Source of the DNA: Eledone cirrhosa
Taxonomy: Eukaryota
Length of the DNA stretch: 64,000 nt
Reading direction: 5' to 3'
NCBI GenBank assembly: GCA_964016885.1
Contig: OZ024751.1
Span: forward strand, 868,001-932,000
The notes under the pieces were generated by a model. It was given only the letters and a program-made list of their open reading frames with translations, had not been told where the DNA came from and did no database searches. The translations under genes were made by a program, and so were the position numbers. Shown here one piece after another: positions 30,901-43,886 of the stretch (the stretch's first letter is position 1; each line of letters starts with the position of its first letter).

Positions 30901-33900
30901 GGTATATTACCGTTGGTATATTAGTGTTGGTATATTAAAGTTGGTATATTAGTGTTGTTTTAATAATATTGGTATATTAATGTTGGTATATTAGTGTTGG
31001 TATATTAATGTTGGTATATTAATGTTGGTATATTAGTGTTGGTATAATAGTGTTGGTATATTAATGTTGGCATATTACTGTTGGTATATTAGTGTTGGTA
31101 TCTTAGTGTTGGTATATTAATGTTGGTATATTAATGTTGGTATATTAGTGTTGATATATTGTTGGTATATTAATGTTGGTATATTAGTGTTGGTATATTA
31201 GTGTTGGTATATTAGTGTTGGTATATTGATGTTGCTATATTAGCGTTGGTAAATTAGTGTTGGTATATTAGTGTTGGTATAGTAATGTTGGTATATTAGT
31301 GTTGGTATATTACTGCTTGCATATTAGTGTAGTCTTAATAATATTGGTATATTAATGTTGGTATATTAGTGTTGTTTTAATAATATTGGTATATTAGTGT
31401 TGGTATATTAATGTTGGTATATTAATGTTGTTATATTAGTGTTGGTATATTAGTGTTGGTATATTGATGTTGGTATATTAGTATTTTTTGAATAATATTG
31501 ATATATTGATGTTGGTATATTAACGTTGGTATATTACTGTTGGTATATTAATGTTGATATATTAATTTAGCTATATTAATGTTGGAATATTGTTGGTATA
31601 TTAATGTTGGTATATTAGTGTTGGTATATTAGTGTTGGTATATTAGTGAGGGTATATTAGTGATGGTATATTAATGTTGGTATATTAATGTTGGTATATT
31701 AGTGTTGGTATATTATTGGTATATTAATGTTGATATATTAGTGTTGGTATATTAATGTTGGTATATTAGTGTTGGTATATTAGTTTTTGTATATTAATGT
31801 TGGTATATTAATGTTGGTATATTATTGTTGGTATATTAGCGTTGGTATATTAATGTTGGTATATCAGTGTTGGTATATTAATGTTGGTATACTAGTGTTG
31901 GTATATTGTTGGTATATTAATGTTGGTATATTAATGTTGGTATATTAATGTTGGTATATTAATGTTGGTATATTAATGTTATGTATATTAGTGTTGGTAT
32001 ATTATTGTTGGTATATTAGTGTTGGTATATTAATGTTGGTATATTAGAGTTGGTATATTAATTTTGCTATATTAGTGTTGGTATATTAATGTTGGTATAT
32101 TAGTGTTGTTATATTAGTGTTGGTATAGTAATGTTGGTATATTAGTGTTGGTATATTAATGCTGGTATATTAGTGTTGCTATATTAATATTGGTATATTA
32201 ATGTTGGTATATTAGTCTTGGTATATTAGTGTTTGTATATTAGTGTCGGTATATTAATATTGGTATATTAATGTTGGTATATTAGTGTTGGTATATTAGT
32301 GTCGTTTTAATAATATTGGTATATTAATGTTGGTATATTAGTGTTGGTATATTATTGTTGGCATATTACTGTTGGTATATTAGTGTTGGTATCTTAGTGT
32401 TGGTATATTAATGTTGGTATATTAATGTTGGTATATTAGTGTTGATATATTGTTGGTATATTAATTTTGGTACATTAGTATTGGTATATTAATGTTGGTA
32501 TATTAATGTTGGTATATTAGTGTTGGTATATTATTATTGCTATATTAGTGTTGGTATATTAATGTTGGTATATTAGTGTTGGTATATTAATGTTGGTATG
32601 TTAGTGTTGTTATATTAGTGTTGGTATAGTAATGTTGGTATATTAGTGTTGGTATATTAATGCTGGTATATTAGTGTTGGTATATTAATGTTGGTATATT
32701 AATGTTGGTATATTAGTGTTTGTATATTAGTGTCGGTATATTAATATTGGTATATTAATGTTGGTATATTAGTGTTGGTATATTAGTGTCGTTTTAATAA
32801 TATTGGTATATTAATGTTGGTATATTAGTTGTTGGTATATTAATGTTGGCATATCACTGTTGGTATATTAGTGTTGGTATCTTAGTGTTGGTATATTAAT
32901 GTTGGTATATTAATGTTGGTATATTAGTGTTGATATATTGTTGGTATATTAATAGTGGTTTATTAGTATTGGTATATTAATCTTGGTATATTAGTGTTGG
33001 TATATTACCGTTGGTATATTAGTGTTGGTATATTAAAGTTGGTATATTAGTGTTGTTTTAATAATATTGGTATATTAATGTTGGTATATTAGTGTTGGTA
33101 TATTAATGTTGGTATATTAATGTTGGTATATTAGTGTTGGTATAATAGTGTTGGTATATTAATGTTGGCATATTACTGTTGGTATATTAGTGTTGGTATC
33201 TTAGTGTTGGTATATTAATGTTGGTATATTAATGTTGGTATATTAGTGTTGATATATTGTTGGTATATTAATGTTGGTATATTAGTGTTGGTATATTAGT
33301 GTTGGTATATTAGTGTTGGTATATTGATGTTGCTATATTAGCGTTGGTAAATTAGTGTTGGTATATTAGTGTTGGTATAGTAATGTTGGTATATTAGTGT
33401 TGGTATATTACTGCTTGCATATTAGTGTAGTCTTAATAATATTGGTATATTAATGTTGGTATATTAGTGTTGTTTTAATAATATTGGTATATTAGTGTTG
33501 GTATATTAATGTTGGTATATTAATGTTGTTATATTAGTGTTGGTATATTAGTGTTGGTATATTGATGTTGGTATATTAGTATTTTTTGAATAATATTGAT
33601 ATATTGATGTTGGTATATTAACGTTGGTATATTACTGTTGGTATATTAATGTTGATATATTAATTTAGCTATATTAATGTTGGAATATTGTTGGTATATT
33701 AATGTTGGTATATTAGTGTTGGTATATTAGTGTTGGTATATTAGTGAGGGTATATTAGTGAGGGTATATTAATGTTGGTATATTAATGTTGGTATATTAG
33801 TGTTGGTATATTATTGGTATATTAATGTTGATATATTAGTGTTGGTATATTAATGTTGGTATATTAGTGTTGGTATATTATTGGTATATTAATGTCGATA

Positions 33901-36553
33901 TATTAGTGTTAGTATATTACTGTTGGTATATTAGTGTTGGTATATTAGTTTTTGTATATTAATGTTGGTATATTAATGTTATGTATATTAGTGTTGGTAT
34001 ATTATTGTTGGTATATTAGCGTTGGTATATTAATGTTGGTATATCAGTGTTGGTATATTAATGTTGGTATACTAGTGTTGGTATATTGTTGGTATATTAA
34101 TGTTGGTATATTAATGTTGGTATATTAATGTTGGTATATTAATGTTATGTATATTAGTTTTTGGTATATTATTGTTGGTATATTAGTGTTGGTATATTAA
34201 TATTGGTATATTAGAGTTGGTATATTAATTTTGCTATATTAGTGTTGGTATATTAATGTTGGTATATTAGTGTTGTTATATTAGTGTTGGTATAGTAATG
34301 TTGGTATATTAGTGTTGGTATATTAATGCTGGTATATTAGTGTTTCTATATTAATGTTGGTATATTAATGTTGGTATATTAGTCTTGGTATATTAGTGTT
34401 TGTATATTAGTGTCGGTATATTAATATTGGTATATTAATGTTGGTATATTAGTGTTGGTATATTAGTGTCGTTTTAATAATATTGGTATATTAATGTTGG
34501 TATATTAGTGTTGGTATATTAGTGTCGTTTTAATAATATTGGTATATTAATGTTGGTATATTAGTGTTGGTATATTATTGTTGGCATATTACTGTTGCTA
34601 TATTAGTGTTGGTATCTTAGTGTTGGTATCTTAGTGTTGGTATATTAGTGTTGGTATAATAGTGTTGGTATATTAATGTTGGCATATTACTGTTGGTATA
34701 TTAGTGTTGGTATCTTAGTTTGGTATATTAATGTTGGTATATTAATGTTGGTATATTAGTGTTGATATATTGTTGGTATATTAATGTTGGTATATTAGTG
34801 TTGGTATATTAGTGTTGGTATATTAGTGTTGGTATATTGATGTTGCTATATTAGCGTTGGTATATTAGTGTTGGTATAGTAATGTTGGTATATTAGTGTT
34901 GGTATATTACTGCTTGCATATTAGTGTAGTCTTAATAATATTGGTATATTAATGTTGGTATATTAGTGTTGTTTTAATAATATTGGTATATTAGTGTTGG
35001 TATATTAATGTTGGTATATTAATATTGTTATATTAGTGTTGGTATATTAGTGTTGGTATATTGATGTTGGTATATTAGTATTTTTTGAATAATATTGATA
35101 TATTGATGTTGGTATATTAACGTTGGTATATTACTGTTGGTATATTAATGTTGATATATTAATTTAGCTATATTAATGTTGGAATATTGTTGGTATATTA
35201 ATGTTGGTATATTGGTGTTGGTATATTAGTGTTGGTATATTAGTGAGGGTATATTAGTGAGGGTATATTAATGTTGGTATATTAATGTTGGTATATTAGT
35301 GTTGGTATATTATTGGTATATTAATGTTGATATATTAGTGTTGGTATATTACTGTTGGTATATTAGTGTTGGTATATTAGTTTTTGTATATTAATGTTGG
35401 TATATTAATGTTATGTATATTAGTGTTGGTATATTATTGTTGGTATATTAGCGTTGGTATATTAATGTTGGTATATCAGTGTTGGTATATTAATGTTGGT
35501 ATACTAGTGTTGGTATATTGTTGGTATATTAATGTTGGTATATTAATGTTGGTATATTAATGTTGGTATATTAATGTTATGTATATTAGTGTTGGTATAT
35601 TATTGTTGGTATATTAGTGTTGGTATATTAATGTTGGTATATTAGAGTTGGTATATTAATTTTGCTATATTAGTGTTGGTATATTAATGTTGGTATATTA
35701 GTGTTGTTATATTAGTGTTGGTATAGTAATGTTGGTATATTAGTGTTGGTATATTAATGCTGGTATATTAGTGTTGCTATATTAATGTTGGTATATTAAT
35801 GTTGGTATATTAGTCTTGGTATATTAGTGTTTGTATATTAGTGTCGGTATATTAATATTGGTATATTAATGTTGGTATATTAGTGTTGGTATAATAGTGT
35901 TGTTTTAATAATATTGGTATATTAATGTTGGTATATTAGTGTTGGTATATTAATGTTGGTATATTAATATTGGTATATTAGTGTTGGTATAATAGTGTTG
36001 GTATACTAATGTTGGCATATTACTGTTGGTATATTAGTGTTGGTATCTTAGTGTTGGTATATTAATGTTGGTATATTAATGTTGGTATATTAGTGTTGAT
36101 ATATTGTTGGTATATTAATGTTGGTATATTAGTGTTGGTATATTAGTGTTGGTATATTAGTGTTGGTATATTGATGTTGCTATATTAGCGTTGGTATATT
36201 AGTGTTGGTATATTGATGTTGGTATATTAGTGTTGGTATATTAGTGTTGGTATAGTAATGTTGGTATATTAGTGTTGGTATATTACTGCTTGCATATTAG
36301 TGTAGTCTTAATAATCTTGGTGTATTGATTTTGGTATATTAGTGTTGGTATATTAGTGTTGTTTTAATAATATTGGCATATTAATGTTGGTATATTAGTG
36401 TTGGTATATTAGTGTTGGTATATTAATGTTGGTATATTAATGTTGGTATATTAGTGTTATTTTAATAATATTGGTATATTAATGTTGGTATATTAGTGTT
36501 GGTATATTAATGTTGGTATATTAATGTTGGTATATTAGTGTTGGTATATTAAT

Positions 36554-36738
36554 TGTTTCTACGTTAGGCACAAGGCCAGCAATTATCCAGTGCATTACTG
36601 GTACTTTATTTTATCGACCCCGTAAGGATGAAAAGCAAAGTCAATCTCGGCGGGATTTGAACTCAGATCGTAAAGGGACGTAACTATGCTGGAAAGCATG
36701 GCGTCCGACCCTCTACCGATACTGCCAGTCCACCGCCC
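36554..36738 (-). mobile_element. tRNA-derived SINE (copy 3, same family, about 90% identical to copy 1)
   Basis: Same ends (TGTTTCTAC...CACCGCCC on +) and same box A/B-like motifs. Flanked by TTGGTATATTAAT on both sides; surrounding variant monomers differ from copy 1. Confidence 0.9.
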
Positions 36739-37220
36739 TTGGTATATTAATGTTGGTATATTAGTGTTGGTATATAATATTGGCATATTAATGTTGGTAT
36801 ATTAGTGTTGGTATATTAGTGTTGGTATATTAGTGTTGGTATATTATTGTTTGTATATCAATGTTAGTATATTAGTATTGGTATATTAATGTTGGTATAT
36901 TAATGTTGGTATATTAGTGTTGGTATATTAGTGTTGCTATATTAATGTTGGTATATTAATGTTGGTTTATTAGTGTTGTTTTAATAATTATTGGTATATT
37001 AATGTTGCTATATTAGTGTTGGTATGTTAATGTTGGTATATTTATATTGCTATATTAGTGTTGGTATATTAATGTTGGTATATTAGTGTTGGTATATTGT
37101 TGGTATATTAATGTTGGTATATTAATGTTTGTATATTAATGTTGGTATATTAATATTGGTATATTAATGTTGTTATATTAATGTTGGTATATTAGTATAC
37201 CAACATTAATATACCAACAT

Positions 37221-38660
37221 ATAAAGATATGAGAGAGGCTGGGCCTTCGGAGATAATTGCTGAGATGCTGAAAGCATCTGGAATGGTGGGACATACTATG
37301 GTCACTCGCATAGTAAACCAAGTCATACTGAATGGGGTCATACCAGAAGACTGGCGTAACAGCATCATCATTAACTGCTACAATGGTAAAGGGGATGCTC
37401 TAGATAGAGGAAACTATAGAGGCATTAAGTTAGTTGACCAGGTCATGATGTTCAAAGAAAAAGTAATAACGCAACTAATCAGAGAGCGAATTCATCTTGA
37501 TGAAATGCAGTTTGCGTTTGTGTCAGGTAAAAGTACCACAGACGCTCTTTTCCTTGTAAGACAACTGCAGGAGAAGTACCTAGCTAAAAGTAAACCCCTC
37601 TACTTAGCTTTTGTAGACCTGGAGAAAGCCTTTGACAGAGTCCTCGGCTCCATTATCTGGTGGTCTCTTAGAAAACTAGGTGTAGATGAATGACTTGTGA
37701 GAGCTATAGAAGCTATGTATAATGAAACAGTCAGTAAGGTTAGAATTAACAATGAATATAGTGAAGAATTTAGCGTAAAAGTTGGTGTTTATCAAGGATC
37801 TGTCCTTAGTCCCCTCTTATTTATTATTGCACTTCAGGCTATAACAGAAGTGTTTAAGACCGGCTGCCCATGGGAACTCTTATATGCAGATGATCTAACT
37901 CTCATAGCTGAATCTATGGCTGAATTAGAGAAGAAATTCCAAACATGGAAACATGGCCTTGAATCAAAAGGCCTTAAAGTTAACTTGTTTAAGACTAAAG
38001 TTCTAGTTTGTAGAAAGTAAAATAGAGTATAGGTGCCCTCAGAGAAATGGCCATGATCAGTGTGTAGGAAAGGAGTAGGTAGAAATTCCATTTTATGTCC
38101 CAAATGAAAACTATGGGTACATAAAAGATGTAGTGGGATCTCAGGTAAACTATCTAAGAATGTAGACTTTATATGTGGCCGATGCTCAGGTGCAATAAGT
38201 AGCTATAGAAATAGTGGACACTTTCCGTTACCTGGGTGACAAAATCAGCAGTGGTTTAGGGTGCTCTGAAAGTACCGTAGCCAGAGTCAGAACGGGATAG
38301 AAAAAGTTCAGAGAGCTTATACCGCTGTTGGCCACAAAAGGTTTCTCTCTAAAAATGAAAGGCAGATTGTATGATGCCTGTATATGAACAGCAATGCTAC
38401 ATGACAGTGAGACATGGGCATTACGTGCAGAGGACCTGCGCAGACTAGAAAGGACCGAAGCATGCATGCTCTTTTGGATGTGTAATAGTAATATACATGA
38501 ATGGCAAAGCATAAATGAACTAAGTGAGAAATTAGGAATAAGAGGGATCAGATGCTGTTTACTTGAGTTGGTATGGTCAGCTGTATAAGAAAGTGCTGAC
38601 AACTCCCGTCTAACCCATGCTAGCGTGGAAGATAGACGTTAAATGATGATGATGATGATG
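37221..38660 (+). mobile_element. 5'-truncated, decayed RTE-type LINE (reverse transcriptase pseudogene) with (TGA)n tail
   Basis: ORF pieces carry non-LTR RT motifs GPSEIIAEMLK, NYRGIKL, QFAFVSGKSTTDA, FVDLEKAFDRV, GVYQGSVLSPLLF, LLYADD. A Cys/His-rich segment lies at ~38045-38140, with several stops. The 3' end is AACCCATGCTAGCGTGGAAGATAGACGTTAAA(TGA)n. Confidence 0.9.
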
Positions 38661-38689
38661 TTAATAAATCATAAAAATTGCAAATAATG

Positions 38690-38727
38690 TTCTAATTTGT
38701 CCGTGGACTACCGGTTGGTGACCGCTG
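38690..38727 (+). mobile_element. Right-end fragment of a hAT-type MITE
   Basis: GTCCGTGGACTACCGGTTGGTGACCGCTG resembles the right TIR region of the MITE at 40829-41120. Confidence 0.45.
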
Positions 38728-38764
38728 TTCTAGAAAATGGTGAACTAATTGGATGGATTACTCT

Positions 38765-39070
38765 TTTACTCTTTTACCTGTTCAGTGCATTCATGTGGGA
38801 TCCTGGATAGGAGGGTGTCAAGATGTTTCTTGAAAACATCCACGTCCACACCATGCAGATCTCTCAAATTTCTTGGCAGCTTGTTGAAGAGTTGAGGGCC
38901 TTTGAACCCCAAATTGTTGCAATATCTGCTCCTTATTCTAGATGTGAAAGACGAGACCTTTGGCACCACACGATGACATCCTGTGTGGGGGTTGGTCCAG
39001 CTCTCAATGCCAAAGTTTGGTGCTAGTTCCTCCAGGATTTTCTATATGTATATCACTGCATATGTCTCCC
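38765..39070 (-). mobile_element. CR1/L2-type LINE ORF2 C-terminal fragment
   Basis: Minus-strand translation YAVIYI*KILEELAPNFGI...GPQLFNKLPRNLRDLHGVDVDVFKKHLDTLLSRIP matches the typical CR1/L2-group C-terminus (GP.LFN.LP...FK..LD..L). Confidence 0.7.
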
Positions 39071-39517
39071 GTGTTCATTCCAAGGAGTAGATTTTCAGTT
39101 CTTTTAGCCTCTCTCAATAGCTCATCCCCTTCATCGTGGCAATCCTCTTGGTGTAGCTTCTTTGGATTGCCGGAACATCAGACAAAAGCCTTGCAGTATT
39201 TGTTCCGGGATTTTGCAATTTGCCATTCGGAGTTCAGCTTAAAGTGTGGTCAATTTTGACTCATTTATCCGGAGTTGATTAGAAAATAAAAAAATTGTTC
39301 AAGTAATAAAGTAGACATAATCAACTTTATCCTCTTATCCTAAATTTCACACTACAGGCCATTGTTAGAAATCCTTTGTCAGATATTGCCTGTTTGACAA
39401 ACTGAAAGCGTGTGTCATTGAAATATAGGTCAGAATGATGATTGTTTTACATCCGTTTCCCATGGATTGGTTGCGGTGGTCTGAGTAATTTCTTATTTGG
39501 AGTAACTTAGCCAGGTC

Positions 39518-39659
39518 ATATATACGTACATACATATTCATACATACAGGACATATGAACACATACCACACACATACACACATACACACATACCACACAT
39601 ACACATACCATACACATACCACACACACATACATACCACACATACACATATATACCACT

Positions 39660-39697
<38 letters not shown>

Positions 39698-39698
39698 C
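39518..39698. repeat. Compound (CA)n/(TA)n microsatellite
   Basis: Directly visible. Confidence 0.95.
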
Positions 39699-40099
39699 AT
39701 AACTTCCAATTTTGCTGTGGTTTCTACAAGCAGATACTTTTTCTAAGACTGACACTTAACAGCATGTACTGGGTGTATTTTATCTTAGCATCATCACTAG
39801 AGAGGTTGTCATGTCCTTGACAAATCTAAAGAGTCCTGTCTACTGTATGATATCTCTGGTCAATAACCAGCCACTTTACAGAGTGTACTGGGTGCATTTT
39901 ACTATGGTGCCAACCTTACAGAGATTGTATTGGCCCTACATAGCCAAAAAAGCCCTCTTCACTCTATGTCATTTCTTTTCTTTCCAGGCAAAAGTGCCCA
40001 AGTGTGTAAGTTAACTGTTTAGCATTTATATTACTCTATATTTACTATTGTATTTTTCACGGTAAACACTTTATTTCACATAATTATCTCACATAATAT

Positions 40100-40399
40100 G
40101 AAGGTGCATGGCTTAGTGGTTAGAGCATTGGGCTTACAATCCTGAATTTGTGAGTTTGATTCTCACACTGGCCTTTGCGTTGTACTCTTGAGCAAGACAC
40201 TTTATTTCACGTTGCTCCAGTTCACTCAGCTGTAGAAATGAGACTACCCAGCTATGGGTTAAATAGACTCACCAACCCACAATTGACCAAGCGTGGTGAG
40301 TATGGCTACACTCCTGACATGACCAAAACCAAAACAGAAAATGGTAGAGGTCAATCAGAGAGGGGTTCCTCTGGTAGCAGTGAATAGGACCTGGATTGA
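40100..40399 (+). mobile_element. Full-length tRNA-derived SINE with 14-bp target-site duplication
   Basis: Box A TGGCTTAGTGG, box B-like GAGTTTGATTC, core GAGCAAGACACTTTATTTCACGTTGCTCCAGTTCACTCAGCTGTAGAAATGAG. Direct repeat ATCTCACATAATAT at 40086-40099 and 40400-40413. Confidence 0.88.
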
Positions 40400-40828
40400 A
40401 TCTCACATAATATCAAATATACGAGATTTTAATATTATTTACTTTGAGAACAATACCTTATCAAATATATGAGCAGCTGGTTACTGCTGGTTTGGACAGA
40501 AAGAGGTGAGGGAATTCTGGCTGGATATGGTTGGTGTAAATGCTAAAGGGTGAAAGTGAGAATGGAATTCAAATGATGAAAGAGGAGCGAGTATGAATAT
40601 GAGTGTGAAGTAGGGAAGCAATGATAGATTGGTAGAAGAGACAGTGACAGGGTTGTAGTTACAAGCTGGTTGTTGGCTAGTGATTGAACACTAGGGGTGT
40701 CTAAAGAGAATACGTCAAAGAGTTATTATGCCTGGGAGTCCTCACACTCCCAGGCAATCTGTCATGTCCAGGGAGAGGTTTGAACAACCGACTTAGTAGC
40801 AAGACTGTCCTAGCTAAATTCTTTATGA

Positions 40829-41120
40829 CAGAGGTCCCCAACCATCAGGCTGCAGACCGCTACTAGTCCATGGATCATTTGCTACCGAGCTGCAAAGAAA
40901 TAATTAACTTATTTAAAATTATATAATAGATAAATTGAATATTGAGCTTTAATTTTAAAATATTTGTTTAAATATTCAATACTCATGTACTCAACACACT
41001 TTTTCTTCCCTTTAATAAATTGCTCTCTTTATCGAAATCCACTTATGTCCAACTACCGGTCCGTGGAAAGACTGTCGGCATGAAGCCAGTCCATGGTATA
41101 AAAAAGGTTGGCGACCACTG
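40829..41120. mobile_element. Non-autonomous hAT (Charlie-like) DNA transposon / MITE
   Basis: TIRs CAGAGGTCCCCAACC ... GGTTGGCGACCACTG; 8-bp TSD CTTTATGA / CTATATGA (7 of 8 match). Confidence 0.85.
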
Positions 41121-41346
41121 CTATATGAAGAGTGTCTGTTCTCACTGATCTGAGCAAATCTGGAGAGGTATACCTCAAAAAAATATAGCCCAAAATTCTC
41201 AACAGCGGAACAAATGGATGAAGATTTCTTATTTCATTGGTTGAATTGGTAGAAGACCAGATTGACTGGTTAAGAAGGTGCAATTCAAACTACACCTGCT
41301 TTTATAGAAGTCTGTTGTGATTTCATTGTCTCTTCAGATGGATATA

Positions 41347-41570
41347 TCATCATCATCATCATCACCGTTCTATGTCCATTTTCCAAGCTAGCATGGGTTA
41401 GATGGGTTGTCCTGTTGTGGGCAATGCTAGGTCAGGTGACCATATCTTGCTCATACAGAACTAATTTTGACTTGATTTCTACAGCTGGATGCCCTTCCAA
41501 ACGCCATCCTCATTTACAGGGAGTACTGGCTGCTTTTTGTCATGACACCTACACGACCACTTTACAGATG
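41347..41570 (-). mobile_element. SINE body and RTE-like 3' tail, head missing
   Basis: (CAT)n plus GTCCATTTTCCAAGCTAGCATGGGTT is the reverse complement of the RTE tail. TTTCTACAGCTGGATGCCCTTCC is shared with the SINEs at 41991 and 44815. Confidence 0.75.
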
Positions 41571-41709
41571 GTGGCGTGGGGGTGAGGTCATACTGTATAT
41601 ATACTTCAGCTTTGGCTTGTACCCATGGAAAGTCAGGTCTTCTGTATTACTGCGTAATGCCAGAGATGTCGGTCCTGTGTCATCGCCTTTCAGAGGTTCA
41701 ATTATATAT

Positions 41710-41956
41710 GGACATGTGATGTGTATGGACAATGACCGATGAGTGAAGAAATGTTAGGAAATCCTAGTGGAAGGAAGCTGCAGTTGAGGAAGACCAAGAA
41801 AGACCTGGGCAGAGGTTGTGAGAGCTGACCTCAAATTCCTAAGACTGAAAGAAGAGATGACGAAGGAATGCAACAAATGGAAAGATGTTGTGCTGAGAAG
41901 GACCCATCCAACTCATGCAAACATGGAAAAGTGGATATAAAAATGATGATGACGAT
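41710..41956 (+). mobile_element. RTE-type LINE 3' fragment
   Basis: Translates as YGHVMCMDNDR...GRPRKTWAEVVRADL...; ends CATGCAAACATGGAAAAGTGGATATAAAAA(TGA)n. Confidence 0.78.
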
Positions 41957-41990
41957 ATATATATATATGTACATATATATATATACATAT

Positions 41991-42326
41991 GGAGGCACAT
42001 GGCTTAGTGGTTAGAGCATTGGCCTTGCAATCGAAAGGTTGTGAGGTCAATTCTCAGACCAGGCGATGAGCAAGGCACTTTATTTCACATTGCTCCAGTT
42101 TACTCAGCTGTAGAAATGAGATGATAGGGACTGGGTCCCTATCATTCCACTGCAAAGTGGTCGTGGAGGTGCCACGGCAAAAAAGCACCCAGCACTCACT
42201 GTAAATGAGGTTGGTGTTAGGAAGGGCATCCAGCTGTAGAAACCAAGCCAGAATCAGTTCCCGTCCCACCCTTGCAAGCAGGGAAAAGTGGACGTAAAAT
42301 AAAAAAAAAAAAAAAAAAAAAAAAAA
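41991..42326 (+). mobile_element. tRNA-derived SINE with RTE-like tail and poly(A)
   Basis: Head and core similar to the 40100 copy. Internal hairpin ATGATAGGGA-CTGGG-TCCCTATCAT; tail GCAAGCAGGGAAAAGTGGACGTAAAAT followed by an A-run. Confidence 0.85.
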
Positions 42327-42333
42327 TGAAATG

Positions 42334-43275
42334 AATATAAGAATATAAATATTAATAAAATAGATGTTCTTTTGATCAATTACATTTTATTATACATATT
42401 TCGGATGTACAACAGTACGTCCTCATCAGACAAAATATAATGATACATGACATACCCTGAGATGTTAAATGGTTAAGATTTTATCAAGGTAGTGATTAAC
42501 CTAAGAGAAAATTTAACATTTATACCCTAATAATGAGAAAATGCGAAAACGTAATAAATTCAATAGAGAATGTGTGAGTAAGAAAAACGTTGCTTAATGT
42601 AACAGTTATCGAGATTTTAATATGTATGATACTACAATTTATCTAGGAAAGCATTCCATGAATTATAACAGTCAGTGAGAGAGAGAGGGAAAGATGAGGG
42701 GGGTAATGTATGCAGAAGGAGATTTTTTTCCGTTATTTATATATTAGATTTGTAAATTTTATAAGTGTGTTAACATTTCTAAGCTTCTGAATTTTTTGAT
42801 GAGAAGATTTAAAGGATTTAGCTGGCCATTATTAAGGAAAGTTTACACTGTTGAATATTTTCCTAAATGTAATCTTTAATGAAGTTAGTCATTGTCAACG
42901 TATTAGGTATATAAAGCTTTTGAAGTACTTATTGTTAGAAACATTTAAATAACGGTTATGTATATAGATATATATTAATTAATGAGCCAGTATATTTTAG
43001 GTAAATGATAATGAAAATAAAATAAAAATAAAATAATAGATTGAGGCATGTTAAAATTAAATATATACACCTATATAACCGTGTGTAAATGTATTAATTA
43101 TTCCTAGCTCAAAGTAAAAACAATCAAAAATTTAGAAGTTAACTGAAAATTATGTATAGAAAGATACAGGGAGCTATATATGGATATATCTTATATTAGG
43201 TATTAGTGAAACAGTATACTTTAGGTAAATGGTAACGGTTATAATTTTATATAATAAAGTTCTACGTGTTAAAGT

Positions 43276-43321
<46 letters not shown>

Positions 43322-43886
43322 CAAATAACGAAACGAAATTAAATTTCATTTCGTTTGTAACTCACTTTTGTATGACTGACCAGTGAAAAACTCGGTACAT
43401 CTACATATGTATACGTGTGTGTATTCATATGCATACTAGTATTTCAGTATACATATGTGGATGTACATTTTTAACTTAATTGTTATATATATATATATAT
43501 ATAAGAAAAACAATAATAAATGCATGGATAATTCATAGTTCAGAATAATGTTTATAATAATTTGTAATTTGGATATTTGCTCTATATTTGAATCATGGAT
43601 ATAAGAATGCGGTAGGTATATTTAAAAACATAGAAAATATAATTACATACACATTATAAATAAGAGATCAGAAACGCATGAAAAATTCACAGTTATAAAT
43701 AAGTTCAGTAAAGATGTAACGGTTGGATATAAAACTCAGATTTAAAACTTAAGTAGGAAGATAAGGATAGAGAAATAAAGAAATAATGGTATGGATCAAA
43801 GTTAACAGAATAATATATATATATATATAATAAAATGTAATTGATCAAAAGAACATCTATTTTATTAATATTTATATTCTAATATT
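42334..43886. mobile_element. AT-rich non-coding segment bracketed by ~60-bp inverted repeats (putative non-autonomous PLE-derived piece)
   Basis: 42334-42394 is the reverse complement of 43825-43886 with one mismatch; the left arm abuts a hammerhead core. Confidence 0.55.
42393..42434 (-). ncRNA. Hammerhead ribozyme-like core (stem I incomplete)
   Basis: Minus strand: CUGAUGA-GGACGUAC-UGUU-GUACAUCC-GAAA-UAUGUA, followed by AAUAAA. Confidence 0.65.

Larger units (their letters stand above)
1..37196. repeat. Satellite DNA array, 14-bp monomer TTGGTATATTA[A/G]TG with variant monomers and higher-order structure
   Basis: Continuous tandem TTGGTATATTAGTG / TTGGTATATTAATG from position 1 (array runs off the window start). 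Recurrent variants: TTGTTTTAATAATA, 11-bp TTGGTATATTG, AGTGAGGG, ATTTAGC. The + strand is G/T-rich and nearly C-free. Confidence 0.99.

Noticed and set aside
1-37196. CRISPR array or telomeric repeat
   Set aside because: There are no unique spacers and the context is eukaryotic. TTAGTG/TGAGGG only resemble TTAGGG, and no true telomere tract is present.
37834-38602. Antisense ORFs over LINE/PLE coding regions (also 47555-48838, 53461-55256, 62486-63411)
   Set aside because: They are shadow frames of retroelement coding sequence.
40100-40180. tRNA genes here and at 41991 and 12330-12417
   Set aside because: Only box A/B-like heads continue into SINE bodies; no complete cloverleaf was seen.
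41305-41345. Further hammerhead-like hits (41320-41337 minus; 61050-61095 plus; 61285-61320 minus; 60294 plus)
   Set aside because: Core bases or stems I/III are missing; they cannot be distinguished from chance without homologues.
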